Source: an uncultured Planctomycetaceae bacterium (GTDB lineage Bacteria > Planctomycetota > Planctomycetia > Pirellulales > PALSA-1355). Taken from it: a stretch of DNA of 64,000 nucleotides. Position 1 is the stretch's first letter, and every line of letters starts with the position of its first letter. The stretch covers positions 1,952,001 through 2,016,000 of the forward strand of contig CAWAUV010000007.1 of the NCBI GenBank assembly GCA_963785305.1. The letters run 5' to 3'. Under the pieces are notes generated by a model that was not told where the DNA came from, did not search any database, and worked only from the letters and a program-made list of their open reading frames with translations. Both the position numbers and the translations under genes were made by a program. Below, piece after piece: positions 55,655 through 64,000 of this stretch.

Positions 55655-56666
55655 ATGAACCGACTCGTGCTGATCGCCGCGCTGGCATGGGCCACGACGA
55701 CATTGCCGGCCGCGGTCCAGGCCGGCTACATCTATCAGTACCAATTCGGCTCGTCCGGCTCGGGCAATGGACAGTTGAATTTCCCTTACGGAGTGGCGCT
55801 GGACAGCAGTGGCAACGCGTTCGTCGCCGACTTCAATAACAACCGGATCGAGCAATTTAATAGCTCCACCGGCGCCTACATCGCCACCATCGGCTCCTCC
55901 GGCTCGGGCAACGGGCAATTATCTTACCCTACCGGCGTGGCCGTGGACGGTAGCGGCAATGTGTTCGTCAGCGACAACGGCAACAGTCGGATCGAGGAGT
56001 TCAACTCCGCAGGGCGCCTTCGTCACCGCATTCGGTTCCTCCGGCTCAGGCAACGGGCAGTTAAGTGACCCGATTGGACTGGCGGTGGACGGCAGTGGCA
56101 ACGTGTTCGTCGCCGACACCCGCAACAACCGTATCGAGGAATTTAGTTCCACCGGCGCTTTCGTCGCCACCATCGGCGCCTCCGGCCCGTTCAACGATCA
56201 GTTGAATAGCCCTATCGCCGTGGCGGTGGATGGCAGTGGCCATTTGTTCGTCGCCGACAGCAGCAACAACCGGATCGCGGAGTTTAGCACCTCCACCGGC
56301 GCCTTCATCGCCGCCATCGGCTCCTACGGCTCGGGCAACGGGCAGTTGTCTGACCCATCAGGCGTGACGCTGGATAGCAGTGGCAACGTGTTCGTAAGCG
56401 ACACCCGCAACAACCGGATCGAGGAGTTTAGCTCCGCCGGCGCCTTCATCGCCACCTTCGGCTCCTCCGGCTCGGGCGCCGGGCAGTTCAACAACCCCGC
56501 CGGCTTGGCCGTGGACGGCAGCGGCAACGTGTTCGTCGCCGACTTGCTTAACAACCGGATTGAAGTCTTCAGTGTGCCCGAGCCATCGTCGCTGGTGTTG
56601 GCGGGCCTGGGCATGACGGTCGTGGCCTCCGTGGCGCGCTCAAGGCGTTCGCGCCGGCGATCCTAA
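55655..56666 (+). CDS. NHL-repeat beta-propeller with PEP-CTERM anchor (indel near 56010)
   Basis: Six GSSGSGNGQL-P-G(V/L)A(V/L)D-SGNVFV-D--NNRI repeats; ends VPEPSSLVLAGLG...RSRRSRRRS. Confidence 0.9.
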
Positions 56667-56719
56667 GCGGCCCGCCGCGCGTCACTGGCAAACTCGTGGC
56701 GCGCGAGATGGCGCCGAAT

Positions 56720-56825
56720 GGGATTGGCGCCGTGTTCGTCACCGAGACCTGAAACAGCCGGATCGAAGTCTTCGCCGTGCCCGAGCCTTCTTTGCTGGCT
56801 GTCGCGGGGCTTTTCGCTCGACTAT
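56720..56825 (+). pseudogene. Degenerate remnant of an NHL/PEP-CTERM C-terminus
   Basis: VFVTET*NSRIEVFAVPEPSLLAVAGL aligns with VFVADLLNNRIEVFSVPEPSSLVLAGL of the upstream gene and has an in-frame TGA. Confidence 0.7.
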
Positions 56826-56968
56826 CATGGGAGTCTTGCGCCGCAATGGGCACGCGCTCGAGTGCGCGAACCGATTTCACCGCGGCGGCTCGCAAACAAC
56901 GACTGCATGCGCGGCCCGAATCCTTCGTTTCTCCCCCACCCCTACTTCCCACCGGAGACGCATCGAGT

Positions 56969-58239
56969 ATGAACCCCTCGCACAAAATCTCGCGTCGCGG
57001 ATTTCTCGCCGCCAGCGCCGGTATCGCCTCGCGCTCTCGGCTCGCGCTTATGGCCGAGTGCTCGGCGCCAACGATCGCATTCACATCGGATTCATCGGCG
57101 TCGGTGGCATGGGTTCCGGGCATGTCGGCGCTTGCAAGGATCTCAAGGACAAGGACAATCTCGACTTTCTCGGCGTGGCTGATTGCTGGAAAACTCGCGC
57201 CGATCAGCAGGCCGCCAAGCTGGGGACCGAAGGCTTTGGCGACTATCGCCGGGTGCTCGATATCAAGGACATCGACTACGTGACGATCGCCGTGCCCGAA
57301 CACATGCATGCCCCGATCACGCTCGACGCCTTCGACGCCGGCAAGGCCGTGTACTGCGAAAAGCCGATGACGCATCGCATTCCCGAAGCGCTGGCCGTGG
57401 TCAAGAAGCAGCGCGAGACCAAGCTGGCGATGCAAGTCGGAGTGCAGGCGATGAGCGACGATAGCTATGGCTCGGCCGCCAAGGCCATCGCCGACGGCAT
57501 CATCGGCCAGGTGGTGCAAGCGCAGATCGAATATGTTCGCCGCTACGACGCCCAAGGCCCTTGGCGCGTGCCGAACCTCGACGCCCAGCAGCCGAAACCG
57601 GCCGATCTAGACTGGAGCGCCTGGCTGGGCCATGCGCCGAAAATCGACTGGAATCCTCACCATTATTTCGAGTGGCGCAACTATTCCGCCTACTCGGGCG
57701 GCATCGCCACCGATCTCTTTATCCATCGCATCACGCGGATCATGAAAGCCTGCGACCTCTTGTATCCGCGGCGCGTGGTCGGCATGGGCGGAATTTGGCA
57801 ATGGAACGATGGCCGCGACTTGCCCGACAATTTCGAAATGATCTGCGAGTACCCGCGAGGCATGACCGTGTATGTGTTGGGCACGATGAGCAACCGCGTG
57901 GGCGTGGACCACTTGATTCGCGGCTACCGTGGCACGCTCTATTTCACCGGCGATGCCTGGGTGGCCAAGGACAAGGACGGCAAGGAACTGGCGTCGCACA
58001 AAAAAACCGGCGGCGAGGATATCCACCTGCACCACACCAACCTGCATCAGCATTTGCGCGGCGGCGTGGCGCTCAACTGCCCGGTGGAGCTGGGCCTAGC
58101 GGGCGTGGTGGCGGTGAACATGGCCAACGAATCCTGGCGCACGGGCCGCATGATGGGCTGGGACAAAGCCAAGGAACAAATGGTCCCCGCCGACTCGCTG
58201 CCGTTCGACCCGCTGCCCGAAGCACAAAGCCGCGGCTGA
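56969..58239 (+). CDS. Tat-exported Gfo/Idh/MocA oxidoreductase (indel near 57030)
   Basis: MNPSHKISRRGFLAAS Tat motif, GANDRIHIGFIGVGGMG, AVYCEKPMT, LDWSAWLG, WRNYSAYSGG. Confidence 0.9.
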
Positions 58240-58404
58240 GTGACGAAATGTGAGAGACAAAAACACGGGAGCGAGCCACGGATGGACACGGAAACCGCAC
58301 GGAAAAAAGCGGGAGCAGAGCCGCACGACGCGCTTCCGTGTCTTTTCCCGGTTGTCGGCGGCTAGTGCATTGTCACCATCGAAATGACGGGTTGGATTGG
58401 TTCG

Positions 58405-58491
58405 GTGTGCCATGCCCACGGCCCTGCGTGAGCATGGGGACTCCGCGTGGCGCTCGAAAACATGCCCACGCTGGGCGTGGGCATGGCACAC
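58405..58491. repeat. REP-like nested palindrome
   Basis: 16-bp outer IR GTGTGCCATGCCCACG / CGTGGGCATGGCACAC containing two internal hairpins CATGCCCACG-n-CGTG(A/G)GCATG. Confidence 0.8.
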
Positions 58492-58587
58492 GGGGTTACC
58501 TATCATTTCAGCCGTGACAAAGCACTAGAAAGTTACCCGCCTTTTTTTTTCGCCATCGTATCTCTTTAATCGCGAGCAATCGAATTC

Positions 58588-59836
58588 ATGATGACCCTCG
58601 GTAAATATAGTTTCGGCGTGGGCGATCGGTTCGCCCATCAGGCCAAGGCGCAGTTGCAAGCCTGTCGGGCGATGCTCGATCGGGGCGTCGAGGTGATTCC
58701 GGTCTGGAACAAGTCGCATCGCGAACATACCACGATCGGCTCCTCGCCCGACAGTGTGCCGCGCGGCGGCCGACGCCGCGGTGCGTGCCCTCGGCTGGAC
58801 CCTGCCCTACCATGTCGACGCCGACCATATCCGGCTGGCCACGGTCGAGGGATTCATCGCGTCGTCGGATTTCTATACCTTGGATGTAGCCGATTCGATC
58901 GGCGCCGCGGCCCCGGCGGCCGATGTTCGCGCGTTTGTCGATCGGCGCCAAGGGCTCGTCGGCCGGCTCTCGATCGAGGGCCTCGCCGAGCCGCTCGAAA
59001 TCAGCCGCGGCGATCTCGAGCGCGTGGCGACGAAGTATCTGCTCGCGGCCCAAGAAGCGGGCCGCGTGTATCGCCGCATCGTCGAACTCAAGGGCGCCGG
59101 CGCTTTCATTACCGAAGTCTCGATGGACGAGACCGACAGCCCGCAAACCCCGCCCGAGCTGCTGATTATTCTCGCGGCCCTGGCCGACGAAAAGATTCCG
59201 CTGCAAACCATCGCGCCCAAGTTCACCGGCCGCTTCAACAAGGGCGTCGACTATGTGGGTGACGTCGCCCAGTTCGAAAAAGAGTTCAATGCCGATCTGG
59301 CGGTCATTCGTCATGCGATCAAGGAATTCGGCCTGCCGGCAGGACTCAAGCTCAGCGTGCATTCCGGTTCCGACAAGTTCTCGATCTATGGCCCGATCCG
59401 CGCGGCGATCCGCCGGTTCGACGCGGGGCTGCATATCAAGACCGCCGGCACGAATTGGCTCGAGGAAGTGATCGGTCTCGCCGAGTCGGGCGGCGAGGGG
59501 CTCACGATGGCCAAGGAGATTTATATCGACGCGCTTCACAAGCGCGAAGCGCTCTGCACTCCGTATGCCGCGGTGATCGATATCGACCCGGCCCGACTGC
59601 CCGACGAGAAGTCGGTCGCCGGCTGGGAGAGCGAGCAATTCGTGGCGGCCTTGCGACACGATCCAACGAATCCGGCGTTCAATGCCGACTTGCGGCAATT
59701 GATCCACGTGGGCTACAAGATGGCGGCGCAAAAAGGCGACCGCTACTTGCGAATGCTTGAAACGTGTGAAACGGCCGTGGCCCGCAATGTGACGGCGAAC
59801 CTGCTCGACCGGCACTTGATCCCGCTCTTTGGATAA
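58588..59836 (+). CDS. uxaE: Tagaturonate/fructuronate epimerase family protein (indel near 58760)
   Basis: SFGVGDRF, YHVDADHI, EVSMDETDSP, APKFTGRFNKGVDY, KLSVHSGSDKFSIY, HIKTAGTNWLEE, RQLIHVGYK. Confidence 0.85.
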
Positions 59837-59878
59837 CGGACTGAAATTTTCAACAGGCTGTCGACAAGCGTTTTCCGT

Positions 59879-60861
59879 TCAGGCCGCGAAGCGCGGGGCG
59901 GTGGCGCCGTCCCAGGCTTCGCCGCGCAAGCGGTCGCGCCAGCCGTTGTCGGCTTCGGCCGCGAAGCGCGCGAGCCCTTCGGACAAGAGCGGAAGCGGAA
60001 TCTCCAGCTTGCGCCGAGCGGCCCGGCTGCAAAGCGACGTTTCCATGCGATCGAGCGCCAAGCTGTCGTCGTCGTTCAGCGCCGCGCCGCGGTCGCATGC
60101 GTCGTCGGCCGAACCATGAGAGCCATGGGCGGCGCCGGCAGGCCCATCGCCGCCGCGAGCTCGCAGGCGAATCGATAAGGACTCGTGCGCTCGGCGCCGG
60201 CAATGTGCCAAGTTCCGCGAAGCTGGGCATGATGCGCGGCGACGAGCAGTTCGGCCAGATCGCTCGCCAAAATCGGCGTCGCGTGCCGCCGGCCATCGGC
60301 CATCGCTGGCCGCCGATCCACGGCCGCCGACCAAAGCTGCTCGCAAAAACTGTCCTGCCGCGGACTCCAGCCATAGACATGCGTGCGCACGACGAGGGCC
60401 GCCGTGTTGGCGACCGCCGCTTCGAGCCGCCGGGCCGCGTCGGCCGCCGCGCCTTTGCCCTGGGGGGGTGAATCCTCGGAGTGAAACATCCGCGGACCGG
60501 CGAACAGCGCAGTCGCTCGAAAGCACCGTGCATTGTATTTCCCGCTCGCTCGACCACCGGGCCAAGCGCTGGGCAAGACGAGACTCGTCGTCGATCGCTT
60601 GCATGGCGGCGGCCGATTCGCCGGGGCGCTGCCAGCTCGCGGCGCCCGCCAACGGGCAAAATAAAATCCACCCCGGCGGGCGATCTTCGAGCCGCGCGAT
60701 CACGCGCGCGGCTCGCTCCGCGCGAGCGACGTCACTTCAAAACCATCGAGCGAGGTCGACGCGTCGAACGCGATGCCCGAGACTTGAAACCGATCTTCGA
60801 GCGCCAGGGCGAGGTTGCTCCCCGCCATCGACTCGATGCCCACAATCAACAATTCTTCCAT
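59879..60861 (-). CDS. RmlD-like sugar-nucleotide-binding (extended SDR) protein, several indels
   Basis: MEELLIVGIESMAGSNLA, VLSSDC, FAGPRMFHSEDS, LVVRTHVYGWSP, ATPILASDLA, GTWHIAGAERTSPYRFA, ETSLCS, spread over three frames. Confidence 0.7.
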
Positions 60862-61200
60862 GCGAAGCCTCCATGCTCGCGGCGCCGGCGTCCCGCCGGG
60901 TCGCGCGTTGCAATGCGCGAGTTTTTCGAGCGCGCTTGCGACGCCGACCGGCTTCGGGGGGTAGCGATTCTATCGTCGCGGGCAAATTGCACCAAGGCGA
61001 CTTCCTGTCGGCGGTAAAAAACCGCGAAAAACGCGAGGGTTTTGAGTGGCGCGTCGGGCCGGGATCGCGATCGGTCGCGCTTGCGATGCGCGGCCACTTC
61101 CCCTGGCGTCGGCCTTCCGACCGGGTTATAGTGCGCGGGTCGGCCGCTCGGCGCCAACCGCCGCGAATTTCCGCTCCATTCTTCCCCCACCCATCGCGAC

Positions 61201-61923
61201 GTGCAGAACCGAACTCCCCAGCGGCCCATTCCGCATCTCGATCCGACCGGCGCGGGCGGGCTGCCCACGAACCACGCGCAGGCGATGGAATGGCGTCGTC
61301 GCGGCGAGCGGGCCAATCAGGCGACGCACTTCGCCGGCTTAGTGCTCAGCGCCGTGGGGGCGGTGTTTCTTTGTCGCCACGCCGGACAAACCGCCGACCC
61401 TTGGCGGATCGTCGGCTGCTGGGTCTATAGCGTGACCCTGGTCGCCCTTTATGCCGCCTCGACCCTCTCCCACAGCTTCGAGCGCGTCTGGCTGCGGCAC
61501 TTCTTTCGCACGGTCGATCAGGTATGCATCTTCTTCTTGATCGCCGGCACCTTCACGCCCTTTGGGCTCATGTATCTGCGCGATCCCTGGGCGCTCTCGC
61601 TGCTGGGCGCGGTGTGGGTACTGGCTTTCGCCGGCGTGGCGTGCAAGCTTTTCTATACGCGGCTGGGCAATGTCTCGACGATCTTCTATGTGCTGCTCGG
61701 CTGGCTGCCGATGCTGGCGATCCGACAGATTCTGCTGCATGTGCCGCTGGGCGTGTTCGCCTGGATTCTCGCCGGCGGGGTATTTTATACCGGCGGTGTA
61801 TATTTCTTGCTCCGCGACGAGCGCCGCCTGTACTACCACGCGGCCTGGCACCTCATGGTCATCGCCGGCAGCGCATGCCACTACTTGGCCGTGCTCTTCT
61901 TCGTCGCCGGCTGGCGATGGTAG
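61201..61923 (+). CDS. Hemolysin III / PAQR family membrane protein
   Basis: ERANQATHFAG, LYAASTLSH, DQVCIFFLIAGTFTPF, YVLLGW, GGVFYTGG, HAAWHLMVIAGSACHY. Confidence 0.93.
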   Translation: MQNRTPQRPIPHLDPTGAGGLPTNHAQAMEWRRRGERANQATHFAGLVLSAVGAVFLCRHAGQTADPWRIVGCWVYSVTLVALYAASTLSHSFERVWLRHFFRTVDQVCIFFLIAGTFTPFGLMYLRDPWALSLLGAVWVLAFAGVACKLFYTRLGNVSTIFYVLLGWLPMLAIRQILLHVPLGVFAWILAGGVFYTGGVYFLLRDERRLYYHAAWHLMVIAGSACHYLAVLFFVAGWRW

Positions 61924-62221
61924 GGGCACAGTTCGAATAACGGCGAGCGTGATCTTCGACCGCTGGTCGCGATTGCGGCCCGGTCTCGGAAGGGTTTTGA
62001 TCGCCAGAGCCGCTATTCCGCGGCGGGCGCGTCCTTCGGTTCTAGCCAACTAGGCATTGCCGTCGGCCCGGCGGCAACGCTTTTGGTGGGCCCGCCCAAG
62101 ATAAGGAACAGTTCCTCGGACGTGTAAAAGCGGCGCGGCTGATGACCTGATTTTTGGGCGCGCTTCCGCAGCCGGAGTGAAGCTGCGAGAGTCCGAAATT
62201 GGCTCGGTTGATTGTAATTCT

Positions 62222-63018
62222 TCATCGGATGCGACTCCGGGAACCGTGGTGATTTTCGATTGCCGCATCGAACGACTTGTGCCGAACCCATCGAAAGCGG
62301 CGGTCGGAAGATATCACGGCGATCTCGATCGGTCCGCCGCAATAGGGCGCGAAATGCGAAAATGTCATTGCCTTGATTGTTGTGTAAATAGACGCATGAA
62401 CCCAGTCAATTGCTTCGCGAATCGGTAGTTTTGTCGGCTGCAACAACGACTGCGACAATAGCAGCTTCGCCAGCTCGTCGTCCGTGCCGCTCCACTTCCC
62501 GGTTTCAAGAATAGCATCGAATACACGCTCGTCGACACCCCAAATCAAACGGTTTATCAGATTCGGCCAGCCCCAGAATTCGGTAGTTCCGCTCGGAATT
62601 GGCCTCGGCGCCGGCGGGGCTGATAAGCCTGGATGCACGGATACCTCGAACGCCTGGGGTTTACGGTTCGGAGATACATACCCACCGATTGCAAATCCAC
62701 AAAATCCGAGATTCGCGAGCTCGAAGTATTCGTTCGACTCCTCGGGACTACGATCATCCTTCTTCTTCTGAAGCTCCGCATATCGACGAATTAAATCCGG
62801 CAATGCCGACGTGTAATTGTCCCATAGCAATCGCGACCATTTTTCCGCCACTTCGGCCATCGATTTCGGTGGGCTTTCGGATAGCTTGTCAGCGAGCTCG
62901 CTTAATAGCGTTCGATGGCTTGTCCCGCTGATGGCTCCCAGCCCCCACGTCACGGCGCCGATCGAGCTATTTTCGCCAACTTGAAATACCTTTTGGCCGA
63001 ATTCGAAGTGATGCTCTA
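62222..63018 (-). pseudogene. Ntn-hydrolase/proteasome-beta-like protein, 5' end cut by IS630
   Basis: HFEFGQKVFQVG, GAVTWGLG, GFAIGGY, LPIREAIDW, CGGPIEIAVIS...FRWVRHK. The ORF's first ~22 codons are IS sequence. Visibly lower GC than the flanks. Confidence 0.6.
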
Positions 63019-64000
63019 GTGCGGCATCAAGCGTAAGAAATGGGGTTGCGGATTTCAAGGATTGATGAGAAACCTTCGGTAACAAGGAGGTGTCCCATGT
63101 ACAAGAAGTACATCGTGCGGTTGTCCGATGAGGAGCGCGGCGTTTGCCGGGAGGTCGTCAAGAAGCTCAAGGGGTCGTCGCAAAAGGCACGCCGGGCGCG
63201 GATTCTGCTCAAGGCCGATGCCGCTGGGCCGGGGTGGCCGGATGCGAAGATCGCCGAGGCATTCGATTGCCGCGTGCAGACGATCGAGAATCTCCGCAAG
63301 CGGTTGGTCACGGAGGGCTTTGAGTTGGCCTTGGATGGCAAGAAGCGCCCGTCGCCGCCCACGCCGCCCAAGCTCGATGGCGAAGGTGAAGCGAAGCTGA
63401 TCGCCATGCGGTTGGGCAAGCCGCCCGCGGGTTACGGACGCTGGACCTTGCAACTGCTCGCCGACGAACTGGTTGCCCTGGAGGTGGTCGATTCGATTAG
63501 TGACGAGACCGTCCGCAAGACGCTAAAAAAAACGGCATGACCAAGCGCAAGATCGAGTACTGGGTGATCCCGCCGGAGCAAGATGGCGAGTTCGTCGCCT
63601 GCATGGAAGAAGTGCTCGAAACCTATGCCCAGGCGTACGATCCGCGGCAACCGGTGTTGTGCATGGACGAGCAACCGGTCCAGTTGCTCAAGGAAACACG
63701 GATGCCGATCCCGGCCACGAAGGAGCACGGCCAGCGGGTCGATTACGAGTACGAGCGCAACGGCACAGCCAGCATCTTCATGTTCGCCGAGCCGCTCTCG
63801 GGATTCCGTCAGGCGACGGCTCGCGCCCGGCGGACCAAGGAAGACTGGGCGATCGAAGTCGCCGAACTACTGGACGGGCGCTATGCCGACTGCGCGAAAG
63901 TGACGCTGGTATGCGACAACCTCAATACCCACACCAAGGGAGCGTTTTACGAAGCGTTCGAAGCGGAACGTGCCCGTGGATACGTGCAACGGATCGACTT
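63017..64000 (+). mobile_element. IS630-family element, running off the window
   Basis: Probable TA target at 63017-63018 followed by GTGCGGCATCA; transposase downstream. Confidence 0.8.
63097..64000 (+). CDS. IS630 transposase with programmed -1 frameshift at CTAAAAAAAAC (about 63522-63532), partial
   Basis: MYKKYIVRLSDEER, RRARILLKAD, PPAGYGRWTLQLLA, ETVRKTLKK; then WVIPPEQDGEFVACME, CMDEQP, DYEYERNG, LVCDNLNTH. Confidence 0.93.

Noticed and set aside
55740..56570. Regularly spaced ~130-bp DNA repeats, possibly CRISPR-like
   Set aside because: They are degenerate in-frame NHL protein repeats with no unique spacers and no cas genes.

Overview
GC-rich bacterial chromosomal segment, most likely from a planctomycete (Pirellulales-like). 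This is inferred from a BBP7-type barrel, several PEP-CTERM proteins, PATR-repeat surface proteins and the IS repertoire. The backbone is housekeeping: PIN/TRAM, dGTPase, HIT, initiator tRNA-Met, nusA-infB-rbfA, yebC, an aldo/keto reductase, a BioF-like enzyme, sppA, bamA, an Flp pilin, corA, a POT transporter, a DUF2760-Hsp70-Hsp70 operon, pepA, a polyprenyl synthase, a CphA-like ligase, uxaE, an RmlD-like protein and hemolysin III. Six insertion sequences are present. Four form a nested pile (IS1202/ISNCY, ISAs1, ISKra4, inverted ISAs1) between tRNA-fMet and the nusA promoter. An IS1380 sits inside a TIR gene, and an IS630 sits inside a proteasome-like gene at the right edge. Many genes, including essential ones (nusA, infB, bamA), carry small frameshifts, most likely long-read indel errors. 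The most interesting item is hidden from the ORF track. Removing the IS1380 and one copy of its ATTAGA target duplication restores a solitary 302-aa gene. It fuses a Cap12/Pycsar-type TIR (NADase-like) domain to a beta-rich domain resembling phage tail/structural proteins, with no cyclase nearby, making it a candidate single-gene phage-sensing defence system. All family assignments are from motif recognition by eye; no searches were run.
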